From a virus (Duplodnaviria; Caudoviricetes), in IMG/VR virus record IMGVR_UViG_3300032234_000388, positions 134,724 through 198,723 of that record: a DNA stretch of 64,000 nucleotides. One strand, 5' to 3'. The notes below the pieces were generated by a model. It made no database searches and was not told where the DNA came from. It saw nothing but the letters and a program-made list of their open reading frames with translations. Shown piece by piece: positions 8,578 to 18,473 of the stretch. Made by a program: the position numbers and the translations under genes. The stretch's first letter is position 1. Each line of letters begins with the position of its first letter.

Positions 8578-9744
8578 TTAAGCAAAACGTAGGTTAGCGG
8601 ATGTTACAGCAACAGTCGCTAAGTAATCAGCTGCGTTACCTAGAGAAGAAGCTGTGTTTGTCAACTCAACATAACCATAACGTGTCATGAATGATACGAC
8701 TGGTTCGAAAGTTGCTGGGTCAAGAACAACACCACTGCTCATCAATGGAATGTATGGGCAATAGAATGCTGCTGCGTCAGACTCAGAAGATCCTTTGTAG
8801 CCAACTAGAACGTTGTCGTTCTCAGCGTATGTGTTAACATAAACTTTCATTGCGCTATTCAATGTACCAACAAACTTAGTGTTTGTAGGAGCTTCAAATG
8901 TACCTTCTGTTGTACGAGCAAATGCGCTTGTAGTAGCAGACTGTAGTAGTGTCAATGTAGTTGGGGAAACAACAGCCCAATTACCTGCACCACGACGTGT
9001 ACGCTGAGCGATCAAGTTAGCAGCACGGTTGATTTGAACAGCCAATGCAGCGTGCTCATCACCAACGAATGTAGCTGTACCAGATACAGCAGCTTGGTCG
9101 TATGTTAATACTGTTGAGCTCAATGTAGCCAAGCTACGTAGAACTTCTTGGTCGATCTCAGCTGTAATTTCTTGTGCAAGAGCAGCCATGATCTCTGCTT
9201 CGATGTCAATACCTTGTTGGGCTTGTGCATCTTGAGCAGCTTCAAATGTCCAGCGAGCTGACAATTTACGTGTCTTAGCTTCAACTGTTTGTTTCAAGAT
9301 TTGAATGCTTAGTTTGTTACCTGCTACACCTTCTAGTGCGGCTGTTGAAGCAGCTTTACCAGTTGTAGCACCAGCATAACCTTCAGCAATCTTGAATGGG
9401 CTTAGAGCCTCATCACCAGCAACAGTATTACCGCCAGTACCGATAAATGTATCGCTGTAGCGAACACGTAGAGTATGGATCTGTCCGACTGGACCTGTCA
9501 TTGGTTGTACACCAACTAGTTCATTAGCAATGACTGTTGGCATTACACGTCTGATCACTGGAAGGATCACACGATTTAGGGTTGCAACGTTACCGGCGGA
9601 AGTTGCACCAGCAGTGGCACTTTCTGACAAATACTTGCGGGTATTTTCTAGAGTTGTTGCCATTACGGTACGCTTGTTACCTTGAAGACCTTCTAAAAGG
9701 GCGTCTTTGGTTTCCGACCAGCGTGACTCGAGTAGTTGTGACAT
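8578..9744 (-). CDS. gp23: Major capsid protein (T4 gp23-like)
   Basis: VIRRVMPTVIANELVGVQPMTGPVGQI, KQTVEAKTRKLSARWT.E.AQD, AAFYCPYIPL and DPATFEPVVSFMTRYG motifs. Confidence 0.95.
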   Translation of the reverse strand: MSQLLESRWSETKDALLEGLQGNKRTVMATTLENTRKYLSESATAGATSAGNVATLNRVILPVIRRVMPTVIANELVGVQPMTGPVGQIHTLRVRYSDTFIGTGGNTVAGDEALSPFKIAEGYAGATTGKAASTAALEGVAGNKLSIQILKQTVEAKTRKLSARWTFEAAQDAQAQQGIDIEAEIMAALAQEITAEIDQEVLRSLATLSSTVLTYDQAAVSGTATFVGDEHAALAVQINRAANLIAQRTRRGAGNWAVVSPTTLTLLQSATTSAFARTTEGTFEAPTNTKFVGTLNSAMKVYVNTYAENDNVLVGYKGSSESDAAAFYCPYIPLMSSGVVLDPATFEPVVSFMTRYGYVELTNTASSLGNAADYLATVAVTSANLRFA

Positions 9745-9754
9745 ATAGTTCTCC

Positions 9755-10855
9755 TTAAACTTTTAGTCCCGCAAGCCTGCGGATGTCAAATATCTCAGCG
9801 GTCTTTTCCTCACCACTGATTGGTTGTGCCTGTGCTTTGTCGCCTGTAATTTCTTTGCCTTCTGTTAATGCTTGTGATTTTTTGACTGGAGTTCCGCCAT
9901 TCATTACTGCTGGTAGATACTTGTCATAAGCTACACGTAGCTTTTCAGTTTGTACTGATTCTAATAGCTCGCCCATAACTGCACGCTTATCGCCACCTAA
10001 AGGACCTAACAATTCGCTCATAACTTCCTTGCGAGATGCACTATCTTTGGCAATGCGTAATTCAGCTTCTTTGCTTTCTACTAGTTTTTGTGTTTCTGCA
10101 ACAATCTTTGCTGCTTCTTCTAATTCAGCTTGCTTCTCAGCAACTGCTTTTAGAAGTTTGCTTGTCTCTGACTTTTCGTTCAGGTGACTTGCAGCATATT
10201 CGCTTGCGAATGATTCAAAAATTCTACGACCAAAGTCATTCTTGCGAGCATGTTCAATGTCCTCTTTCAACTGAGTCATTTCAGATTTTAGTCCTTTTGC
10301 AACTGTTTCTTCAATGATTTGTGCTGAGCGAGCAATAAAATCTTTCTTAACAGCTTCAAACTTAGCTTTGCTTTCACGTACTAAACGTACTTTAGTTTCA
10401 GCTAGGTCTTTTTTGTCGCTGTGGAATTCTGCGATTTCTTTCGCTAGTGCATCCACAATAAAAGATTCTAATTTTGCAACATTACCTGCAACTGCTTTAC
10501 GATCTTCGTGTAGTTCTGCTAATTCCTTTTTAAGGTTTTGTAGAACAAATGATTCCATTGTTTTGGAGTCATCTTTCATTTTCTTTGCATACTTGGCACG
10601 AGCTTCAATTAGTCCTTGACGATCTTCTGCAAGCTCGCCTAGTTCTGCTTGTAGGCGATCTGTTAGCATGGCTTCAACAGCCTCTACCATAGCACCTTTA
10701 TCATGCTCATACTTTTGTGCAAATTCTTCACGTAGTTCAGCAGTAACTTGTTCGCGGTTTTCTTGAATTTTGCCATTCCATGACGATTCAATTTCCGATT
10801 TAATTTCTTCGGAAATCACATTGTTCTCAAACAGTTGTTTTACGATATCTAGCAT
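9755..10855 (-). CDS. gp22: Prohead core scaffold protein (gp22-like)
   Basis: 366 aa coiled coil with a GRRIFESF motif, between protease and MCP. Confidence 0.8.
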   Translation of the reverse strand: MLDIVKQLFENNVISEEIKSEIESSWNGKIQENREQVTAELREEFAQKYEHDKGAMVEAVEAMLTDRLQAELGELAEDRQGLIEARAKYAKKMKDDSKTMESFVLQNLKKELAELHEDRKAVAGNVAKLESFIVDALAKEIAEFHSDKKDLAETKVRLVRESKAKFEAVKKDFIARSAQIIEETVAKGLKSEMTQLKEDIEHARKNDFGRRIFESFASEYAASHLNEKSETSKLLKAVAEKQAELEEAAKIVAETQKLVESKEAELRIAKDSASRKEVMSELLGPLGGDKRAVMGELLESVQTEKLRVAYDKYLPAVMNGGTPVKKSQALTEGKEITGDKAQAQPISGEEKTAEIFDIRRLAGLKV

Positions 10856-10870
10856 GTGATTCTCCTACTG

Positions 10871-11503
10871 TTATTTGAGTCCTGAAATTATTTTTTTCAG
10901 ACTCTCTGCTAAGTATTTCTGTGCCTGTGGGTCGCCTTTGACTTCTTGTGCTATTCTAAATGCCTGATATCCACCTGTATTATTCATCAAGTGTTCATAA
11001 ACTGGTGTTGGGTATGCTCCCGGAGCGGAAGGTTGTGCTACTACGTCAACAGTGATAATTTCAAAGCCTTGAACATTACCTTGTCCATCAACTTCGCCTG
11101 AGCCTCTACTACTAACACCCAACTTAACTCCCGACTCTAACATGGTCTGTACTAGCTGACCCATTGGAGTTGGGAGTAATTTTAATTTTCCGTAGCCGTT
11201 AGGACCATCCATCCACATCTTGGTAATCATATGACTAACACGATCTAGATTGATTCTTAAATCCTGTGGGTGATCGACTTCACCTAGCACGGAGTAACCG
11301 CCAGCGATCTGCTCATTGAGCGTCTTGACAGCCCTGCCAATTTCTTGAGAAGAATAAACACGTTGGTTTGCATTACGGATGTCGCCTTGAATGCAAATAC
11401 CGTTTAGATGCAAGGACTTCTTACCGTCCTTGCCTTCTTCGCTCTCCAGAACAATCTTAGCCTGGTCGTAACTCAAATGTTCTGCTAGTGTAAGTTTATT
11501 CAC
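10871..11503 (-). CDS. gp21: Prohead protease (gp21-like)
   Basis: GICIQGDIRNANQRVY, LGEVDHP, GVSSRGSG and DVVAQPSAPGA motifs. Confidence 0.93.
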   Translation of the reverse strand: MNKLTLAEHLSYDQAKIVLESEEGKDGKKSLHLNGICIQGDIRNANQRVYSSQEIGRAVKTLNEQIAGGYSVLGEVDHPQDLRINLDRVSHMITKMWMDGPNGYGKLKLLPTPMGQLVQTMLESGVKLGVSSRGSGEVDGQGNVQGFEIITVDVVAQPSAPGAYPTPVYEHLMNNTGGYQAFRIAQEVKGDPQAQKYLAESLKKIISGLK

Positions 11504-11515
11504 CGTAGTGTCCTA

Positions 11516-12334
11516 TTATCTACGACCACGGAAAATGCTTTGCTTGTTATCAGCAGATTCTTTAGCACCTGCTTTCTCAGCACCGTGTCCTGGCTCTTTC
11601 TTAGAGAATGCATTACCATTCTTAGCGCCTGGGGTGTTGATATTACCAGCATTATCTTCTTTAGCGGCTGGATTTAACAATCCGCCTTTAGTACCTTCGC
11701 CTTTAGACTCGCCACCTTTTGCGATATTAGCAGTTGTTCCGCCCATATCGTTCTTACCAGCTACGATTGACTTAGTGTTAACACCGTCATCACCCATTTT
11801 TGCTGGGGCAACTTTTTCTACATACTCACGTACTGTTTCTAAATCTGTATCTTCTTTAGCGAATGGATTACCTTCGTCGCCCATGTCTTCGCCTTCTTCT
11901 TCGCCTTCTTCTTCGCCTTTTAGTTCGTCGAATTTAGCTTGTAGTTCGTCAACAATAGCGTCTAGGTCTTGGAAAAGCTCTTCTTCAGACTTCTCTTCAC
12001 CTTCGTCTTCCATATCAGCGTCTAGATCTGCTTCTAGATCATCTGTTGCATCACCGCCCATTGCTGGCATTTCATCATCTGCTTCAATAGCGATGTCTTC
12101 AAAATTCTCATCTACTTGGTCTTCTTCAGCTTCTTCATCAGATGCTGCTTCTTCCATTTCTTCGTCTTCTTCGTCGTCTTTGTCTTCTTCTTCAGAAATT
12201 TCTGACTCAATTAGACCTTCATAAATTTCACGAGATTTAGTAACTACGTACTCGTGGAATAGTTCTTCAGCTTTTTGCTGTTCGTCGTTTACTAGATGCT
12301 CAAGCATCTGTTGTAACAGTTTGTTATCTGCCAT
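11516..12334 (-). CDS. Highly acidic prohead core/scaffold-associated protein
   Basis: 272 aa, Glu/Asp-rich, in the position of T4 gp67/gp68; contains a short GEEE-coding tandem repeat at about 11886-11919. Confidence 0.7.
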   Translation of the reverse strand: MADNKLLQQMLEHLVNDEQQKAEELFHEYVVTKSREIYEGLIESEISEEEDKDDEEDEEMEEAASDEEAEEDQVDENFEDIAIEADDEMPAMGGDATDDLEADLDADMEDEGEEKSEEELFQDLDAIVDELQAKFDELKGEEEGEEEGEDMGDEGNPFAKEDTDLETVREYVEKVAPAKMGDDGVNTKSIVAGKNDMGGTTANIAKGGESKGEGTKGGLLNPAAKEDNAGNINTPGAKNGNAFSKKEPGHGAEKAGAKESADNKQSIFRGRR

Positions 12335-12367
12335 GTTAGAATCTCCTATATTGTCAAGGCTGTAAGT

Positions 12368-12375
12368 TATTTAAT
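12368..12375 (-). promoter_or_regulatory. T4-type late promoter (ATTAAATA)
   Basis: Upstream of the core/protease/scaffold/MCP operon. Confidence 0.6.
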
Positions 12376-12395
12376 GCGTAGATTACAAAACGCCG

Positions 12396-13052
12396 TTAAA
12401 TGGTAGTTTTTTGATCAATTTGGTCGGAATATATAGTTTCAGGAAATATTCGTTGAAATTCATCAAAAGTGATATGACTTAGATTAGTTAGATTAGGACC
12501 TAGTTTATCTGGTATAAATGCTCCGGGATCCACTACTCTAAAAAATTTTACGTGTTTAAATTCTTTAATTACTTTTTCTGTTTGACTTAACCAATTACCA
12601 AAGTATGTGGCTGCATCTGTTGATTTTTTGTAGTTAAACGTGTCTGCATATACATTGTTAAACTTGCCGTTAAGCCCTTGATAATCAAAGCCAAAAATGT
12701 AAATTGACTGGTGTCCTTGGCTAGCTGCAAACCATAATGCTGTTGGTCCTGAACTCCAACCTTTATGCGGGCTAAAAAAATTAATATTGTGTTTAGTACG
12801 AATGCCTTTGTTAGGATTTGTCCAAACTTGATGTGTTTTATGCCAGCCCGAGTCTATGATTTCGTTGACCATTTTAACATCAACTGCTATCAAATAATGT
12901 GGATTATATTCTCTATACTGCGCATTGCAACCGTAGACTATGCCTTTGTCTAGCAAAGATTCCGGCCTAAGACTTTGTCTACTAGTGCCGTTGCCTATGA
13001 CAAATGCAGCATTATTCTGCAGGTGCTGCTTCTTCGCCAACTGGTGTTCCAT
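12396..13052 (-). CDS. Maf/MptE-like (sialyltransferase-fold) protein
   Basis: AFVIGNGTSR, YGCN, IAVD, SSGPTAL and IYIFGFD pattern typical of Maf/GT42/GT29-like folds; start codon uncertain. Confidence 0.6.
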   Translation of the reverse strand: MEHQLAKKQHLQNNAAFVIGNGTSRQSLRPESLLDKGIVYGCNAQYREYNPHYLIAVDVKMVNEIIDSGWHKTHQVWTNPNKGIRTKHNINFFSPHKGWSSGPTALWFAASQGHQSIYIFGFDYQGLNGKFNNVYADTFNYKKSTDAATYFGNWLSQTEKVIKEFKHVKFFRVVDPGAFIPDKLGPNLTNLSHITFDEFQRIFPETIYSDQIDQKTTI

Positions 13053-13263
13053 ACATTTGTCTAATAAAACCCAGCTCAGATTCTTGTTCTAATTGATGTG
13101 CTTCTGCTTGCAATCTTAATTGATTGATTTGACGTAGTGTCAAACGAATTTTTCTAGTGTCTGAACGTTTGACCACAGAACTATCTCTGCTAGAATCGTA
13201 TCTGCGATCTTGTGCAAAGTCGTTAGTGTCGTCGTTAAAATGAAAAAATTCGTTAAGAAGCAT
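13012..13263 (-). CDS. Small head-associated protein
   Basis: 83 aa directly after the portal; MLLNEF N-terminus; AATAAATA 4 nt before the ATG. Confidence 0.65.
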   Translation of the reverse strand: MLLNEFFHFNDDTNDFAQDRRYDSSRDSSVVKRSDTRKIRLTLRQINQLRLQAEAHQLEQESELGFIRQMYGTPVGEEAAPAE

Positions 13264-13273
13264 AATGTATTTA

Positions 13274-14980
13274 TTACTGTGCTGGTGGTTCTGCTGGTGC
13301 TGCGTCTTGACCTTCTACGCCGGGCTCTGCTGCGGCAGCTAGATCTTCTGGTGCTTCTGCTTCTTGAGCTCCCATATCTGCTGCTAGACCGCCTGGAGTA
13401 ATTCCTGCGGATCTTAATTGACTCTGCGAATCAGGTTCAGATTTTAAGTTGTCTCCGTTTTCTTCTCTCCATAGACGTTCGTTTTCTTTGATTTCGTCCT
13501 CGCTCATTCCTAAGAATCGTTTCATAGCAAAACGTTTGCTGAGATGTGGAATCTGTACAACTTGACTAAATGTAGCTGCACGAGCTGTGTCTAACTCTGA
13601 TTGGCGGTATGCTGCAAAGTTTTGTGGTTCGTTAAATTTTAATTCGAATAATCCGTTATCGATATTAATGCCTTGATAATGCAACCACAGCTTAAATTCT
13701 AAATCAAAGACTTCTACAATCATAGATTGCAATCGTTTGCAGTACTCGTTAAATCGTAATTCTTGAATATATGCTGTGCCTACTTTGCCGTCTGCTACAG
13801 TGTTTGGACTTTCGTCAATAGCTGTGGGCAAGTATGAACTTGGTATGCGCAAAGCACGGAATAGTTTATTAGTAAAATAACGTAAGTCTGTGATTTCGCC
13901 TAGATTAGTACCACCTGGCAATGTTTCAACTTTGGAACCACGTCCTTCTGCTGTTTGCGGGAAGAAGTAATCTTCGTTTACACTTAGTGGATTATAACTA
14001 GCGTCTATGACGTTTGCTCCGCCACCTGTTGAGCTAGGAATACGACGTTGTTGGATTTCGTTTTTAACACGCTCAACAAAGCTCATAGCCATGTGTGCTG
14101 GCATATTTCCAACGTCTACATAAAAAATACGTCTTTCAGGAGCACGTTGTATACGATAGATAATAATAGCATCTTCAAGCAGTTCTTTCTGCTTGTAGAC
14201 TTTGAATACTGATTCTAAAATTGAATTACCAAACGGATAGTTATTATCTAATCCCTCTGATAGTGAAATGTGTACTACGTTTTTTGCATCAATTGCTACT
14301 TCGTTTTGTTGATTGCTAAATCTAGTGCCCGGTGGTTGGCTAGCATTACCTACCATGCCTCGACCAAAACTGCCACCTGAAGTATAAGAACTAGTACCGC
14401 TAGGAGCTGTGTTTGTAGTACCATGCGGTGTTACTGCTACCATTTCTTTAAAATTAAAATTAATGTCACGAATTACATATTGTTCAGGAATCTTACCTTC
14501 TGATTCATTGACAATAATTTTGCTAACCTTAGCCGCATCAACAAATAACCATTTTTTAGTTTCTGGATCACGTACAAAAAAACAGTCTCCATACTTCAGT
14601 GCGTTTCTAAAAATACGGAAAATTTTAGTTTCAAACTGCTGTTCTTTGGTCCACTTTTGCAGTGCATCTTTCAGCAGTTTAACTTCTGTAGCTGTAGGTG
14701 AGCCTTTAAAAAATGTTTGGAATGGTGTACGATTTTCTTTGTCTTTTTGTGTGCAAAACTCTGTAAGGATATCTAGAGCAGCATTAACTTCTGAATCCAT
14801 ATCCATAGTGTCATACTGCATATAACGCTCAACACGATTTGGAGCACCTGCATAGACATCTGGCAAATAACTCGAATAGTTAGCACGGGCAGGGCCAGGA
14901 CGTCCTTTGCCGCTAATAGGGCTAAAAGAACCTCCGGTATTATCTACCTGAACAGGAGTGAAGTATTTTTTCCAAGACAT
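13274..14980 (-). CDS. gp20: Portal protein (gp20-like)
   Basis: LLEDAIIIYRIQRAPERRIFYVDVGNMP, EDYFFP..EGRGSKVETLPGGTNLGEI and LFRALRIPSS motifs. Confidence 0.95.
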   Translation of the reverse strand: MSWKKYFTPVQVDNTGGSFSPISGKGRPGPARANYSSYLPDVYAGAPNRVERYMQYDTMDMDSEVNAALDILTEFCTQKDKENRTPFQTFFKGSPTATEVKLLKDALQKWTKEQQFETKIFRIFRNALKYGDCFFVRDPETKKWLFVDAAKVSKIIVNESEGKIPEQYVIRDINFNFKEMVAVTPHGTTNTAPSGTSSYTSGGSFGRGMVGNASQPPGTRFSNQQNEVAIDAKNVVHISLSEGLDNNYPFGNSILESVFKVYKQKELLEDAIIIYRIQRAPERRIFYVDVGNMPAHMAMSFVERVKNEIQQRRIPSSTGGGANVIDASYNPLSVNEDYFFPQTAEGRGSKVETLPGGTNLGEITDLRYFTNKLFRALRIPSSYLPTAIDESPNTVADGKVGTAYIQELRFNEYCKRLQSMIVEVFDLEFKLWLHYQGINIDNGLFELKFNEPQNFAAYRQSELDTARAATFSQVVQIPHLSKRFAMKRFLGMSEDEIKENERLWREENGDNLKSEPDSQSQLRSAGITPGGLAADMGAQEAEAPEDLAAAAEPGVEGQDAAPAEPPAQ

Positions 14981-14995
14981 TATCTAGTATCCTTA

Positions 14996-17320
14996 TTACG
15001 CAGCAAACAAGTCGCTGGTCATACCTTTTTGGACACTGAGCTGTTGTTCACTGACTGCCTGTGTACCTTTATTGATTTTAATAAGTTCTGCCATCTTAGT
15101 ATTTAAGCTAGCAAGCAATGATTCAGCTGATTCTTGAGTTGCAGGTTTAGGAGGAGATTCTTTTTTAGAGTTTTCTTTGGATTTTTCTTCTGCCTTGGCT
15201 TGTTCTTCTGCTGCTTTTTTTAGTGCTGCAGTTTTTTCTTCGCCCTTTTGTTCAATTTCTTTTTTGGTGGTTTCAGCTTTGACAGCCACTTCTTTTTTAT
15301 CTTTTGGAATCATCGGAACACCTTCGGCTACTGAAGGCGCTTCTTTCTTATCTTTTGGAATCAGCGGGCTTCCTTCTGCTTTGGCAAATTGTTTTAATAA
15401 TGCTTCAGGTCCGGCATTGGTGTCAAGTTTAATCCTTGCTTCTTCGGCTGCTGTTCGTTTCTTTTCGTCTAGATTTTTTGTGTCGTGATTTCTTTCTTCT
15501 CTAGCAAGTTTTCTTTTTTCATCTCGAGCACGTTCTTTCTCTTTTAATTCTGCTTTTTCTTCTTTAATTTTTTCTCTAGCGGCTGTTATAGCGTCACCTT
15601 TGCCAAAAAACTTTGCAATTTTTTCTGCAATAGATAACCAAATATCTACATAGGTCAAAGCAAAATTTTGTAAATTATCTACAATAGCTTCGTATACTGT
15701 GCTAAGAGTCCAACCACTATCATATAGTGCCTTAAATGCTGTTACTAAAACTCCTGCAATTAGAGCAAACTTCATTAGTGGAGTAAGCGTTAGCATTTTT
15801 GCCATTGCTTCTTTATTAGTAGCCGTTGTATTATACAATTTTGCAGCGGTATTGGCAAGAACTGCAGTTAAATAAATTCCAAGTGCTGTGGCAATACCTG
15901 GCAGCAACGTACCAAGAACTTGGAACGCTGGAACCACAAATGTTTGAACCAGTGTAGCCATTACTCCAAACGCTTTCATTAAGAAATCTAATAAGCCACT
16001 ATTGGCCAGTGCTATGGTAAAATCATTACTAAACTTAGCTAAAGTTGCTTGACTTTGCTGTAATTTTTCATTGAATTTTTTGCCTTCAGCTGCAGCTTTC
16101 TTTTGCTCATCTGTGGCGCCAACCATTGCATCTCTCTGCATTTTATTAGCATCAACGTTGGCCATTGCTACCTCATTCATTGCTCCGCCTGACTGTGCTA
16201 TTACCTGACCAAACTGCTGTTGTACACGCTTACTCGAATCAATCATTACACCCACGGCTCTATCGCTGTCTGCGGCTGTGGCCTTTTGATTGGCCAGAGC
16301 TAGATTTCTCAATCTCTGCAGTTCTGCCAGAGCTTCTTGACCATACATAGCACCAATCTTTTGAGTCTGTTCAGATGTTAAACTACCTGTGGTAATAAAA
16401 TCTTTGGCAAAATTTCCCAAAGTTGGTCCCATTCTTGTGATCAATGAATTAAAACTGTTTTGTACATCTACACTCTTGGTACTCATGAAAGATGAAAACT
16501 GAGCATCTTGAGCCATCTGTTTCATTTTGGCTTCTATGGAACTTCTTTCTTCACCTGTAGCTTTGGCCAAGGCGTCGATCTCTTTCATATAGTTTTTACT
16601 AGCAGCAGCCAACTGCTCGTTGTTCATAGTTCCTTGACGTCCTTGAATACGCAACAGGCTGCCAAAATTTGCAATGCCTTTGTTGATATCTTCAGTGGAG
16701 TACCCTAGAGCAAATAGATCCGAACCAGTGGCTCTAATCTGTTTAGATATTCTGGTAAAGTTATCAACACCTTGACCAACTGTGCCTCCAAGACCTATTA
16801 GTCCTTCTGAATTACTGCTGATAAAAGCTCCAAACTTGTCCAGAGTCATCCCAGCAGCCGACGCTGATCTAGCAAATTCATTTAGGTCATCTCCAAACCC
16901 GGCACCAGACCTTGCAGCTGATAAAAATGCATCGTTAGCTCGAACTGCAGCAGCAGCCACAGTGCCTAACATGCCTCCAAAAATTGGAATCTGTTGAGCA
17001 GCACGTTCAAGACTGTCCCCAACGTTGGCAAAATTTCCTATGATGTTAGTGAGGCTTGACATAGCATCACCAAATGCATATACCTTACCGAGGGCCGCAC
17101 CTAAAGGTTTAATCGACTCATTTAGCTTGGCTTTAAACTGATCAACTGGCTTGTTATTAGGTTCATCTTCATTGTCGCCGCCAGCCTTTCCAGATTTTTT
17201 ACCTGTAATTTTTTTCTCAACGCCCTGCATGGCCTTGAGCAGCTCTCTTAGAGTAGACTCTGAGGCGGCATTTTTGGCTTCTACTGAGCCAATACCTGGA
17301 ATGTCAATTGTCACTGCCAT
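14996..17320 (-). CDS. Tape measure protein-like
   Basis: 774 aa, Ala/Gly-rich helical protein with central hydrophobic segments and a charged C-terminus. Confidence 0.65.
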   Translation of the reverse strand: MAVTIDIPGIGSVEAKNAASESTLRELLKAMQGVEKKITGKKSGKAGGDNEDEPNNKPVDQFKAKLNESIKPLGAALGKVYAFGDAMSSLTNIIGNFANVGDSLERAAQQIPIFGGMLGTVAAAAVRANDAFLSAARSGAGFGDDLNEFARSASAAGMTLDKFGAFISSNSEGLIGLGGTVGQGVDNFTRISKQIRATGSDLFALGYSTEDINKGIANFGSLLRIQGRQGTMNNEQLAAASKNYMKEIDALAKATGEERSSIEAKMKQMAQDAQFSSFMSTKSVDVQNSFNSLITRMGPTLGNFAKDFITTGSLTSEQTQKIGAMYGQEALAELQRLRNLALANQKATAADSDRAVGVMIDSSKRVQQQFGQVIAQSGGAMNEVAMANVDANKMQRDAMVGATDEQKKAAAEGKKFNEKLQQSQATLAKFSNDFTIALANSGLLDFLMKAFGVMATLVQTFVVPAFQVLGTLLPGIATALGIYLTAVLANTAAKLYNTTATNKEAMAKMLTLTPLMKFALIAGVLVTAFKALYDSGWTLSTVYEAIVDNLQNFALTYVDIWLSIAEKIAKFFGKGDAITAAREKIKEEKAELKEKERARDEKRKLAREERNHDTKNLDEKKRTAAEEARIKLDTNAGPEALLKQFAKAEGSPLIPKDKKEAPSVAEGVPMIPKDKKEVAVKAETTKKEIEQKGEEKTAALKKAAEEQAKAEEKSKENSKKESPPKPATQESAESLLASLNTKMAELIKINKGTQAVSEQQLSVQKGMTSDLFAA

Positions 17321-17348
17321 TGGTTATTTTTCCTGGATAAAATACGCA

Positions 17349-17379
17349 TATAAATATCATTACACTAATTGTATTTATT
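17349..17379. promoter_or_regulatory. Pair of oppositely oriented late promoters serving divergent genes
   Basis: TATAAATA (+, 17349-17356) serves 17389; AATAAATA (-, 17372-17379) serves the tape-measure-like gene. Confidence 0.7.
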
Positions 17380-17388
17380 GGAGATAAT

Positions 17389-18261
17389 ATGAGTGAAAAT
17401 TTGAACTCAACTGTACCACAAATGCCCAAACGCAATCCGTTGGCCAATTGGTACCGACAGCCTAAGATCTATGTAAAACTGCCTAGCAACGGGCGTTTCT
17501 ATCCTGAAGGTGCACTTGATCTCAGTACCACAGGCGAATATCCAGTATATGCAATGACTGCCAAAGACGAGTTAATGTTTAAAACTCCAGATGCTCTGCT
17601 CACAGGTCAAAGCACTGTAGAGTTGATCAAGAGCTGTATTCCAGCTATATTAGACCCCTGGACCATGCCTGCCATCGATCTCGATTTTGCATTGATAGCT
17701 ATTCGTATTGCCACCTACGGTGAAAAGATGGAAGTAGGTTGTAACTGCCCTCACTGCAATGCTGAAAATTCATACGACATAGATCTGCAACAATGGTTTG
17801 GTTCGCTGTCACAGTTTGAGTATCAGGATCACGTGGCTGCAGATCCTTTACGTATTCAAATACGTCCCTACAACTACAGAGAGCTGACCAAAACCTCAAT
17901 TAAGACCATGGAGCAACAGCGTATCTTTCAAATCATCAATGATGATACCATGTCTGATGAGGACAAAATGGACAAGTTTGGCAAGAGCTTTGTCAAACTC
18001 ACAGAACTCACTGTGGATATCATAGCTGACTGTATAGTTGCTGTAGAAACTCCAGACGGTACTGTAACTGATCAAGCCATGATCAAAGACTTTATCAATA
18101 ATACCAGCAAAGACATTTTTGAAAAGGTATCCTCACATATCACTGCTATGAAGGAACGGATCGAACTCAAAGCACAAGATGTACAGTGCGCAGAGTGCAG
18201 CAAAGAATTTTCATTGCCGATCACAATGGACCAATCAAATTTTTTCGCCGTAAGATCTTAA
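17389..18261 (+). CDS. gp26: Baseplate hub assembly chaperone (gp26-like)
   Basis: LPSNG..Y, MTAKDE, DLDFALIAIRIATYGE, two CxxC motifs (CPHC, CAEC), ends NFFAVRS. Confidence 0.75.
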   Translation: MSENLNSTVPQMPKRNPLANWYRQPKIYVKLPSNGRFYPEGALDLSTTGEYPVYAMTAKDELMFKTPDALLTGQSTVELIKSCIPAILDPWTMPAIDLDFALIAIRIATYGEKMEVGCNCPHCNAENSYDIDLQQWFGSLSQFEYQDHVAADPLRIQIRPYNYRELTKTSIKTMEQQRIFQIINDDTMSDEDKMDKFGKSFVKLTELTVDIIADCIVAVETPDGTVTDQAMIKDFINNTSKDIFEKVSSHITAMKERIELKAQDVQCAECSKEFSLPITMDQSNFFAVRS

Positions 18262-18473
18262 GTCTTCCTTTACCGGAGATCTTACAGTTAAGCGAAAGTT
18301 TTGAAAAAGAGGTAAAGGGAATTAAAAAGGACTGTCTCAAGCTGTGCTGGTATATGCGCGGTCTTAGCTATGCAGAAGTGATGAACATGAGCTGGGATGA
18401 GCGTGAGATTATTGGCGAGATTATCAAAGAAAATCTCGAAACTACTAAAAAGACTGGATTAAATTTCTTTTAA
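18240..18473 (+). CDS. gp51-like C-terminal extension, probably reached by a -1 frameshift from the gp26-like ORF
   Basis: -1 frame reads FFRRKILSLPL...LSYAEVMNMSWDEREII; slippery T TTT TTC at 18240-18246; no convincing independent start or RBS. Confidence 0.65.
   Translation, partial: FFRRKILSLPLPEILQLSESFEKEVKGIKKDCLKLCWYMRGLSYAEVMNMSWDEREIIGEIIKENLETTKKTGLNFF

Noticed and set aside
11508-12224. 238-aa Ser-rich plus-strand ORF
   Set aside because: Antisense artefact of the Glu/Asp-rich core gene
18186-18239. GTG start at 18186 for the gp51-like ORF
   Set aside because: Deep overlap with the gp26-like ORF and no RBS; the frameshift explains the frame better
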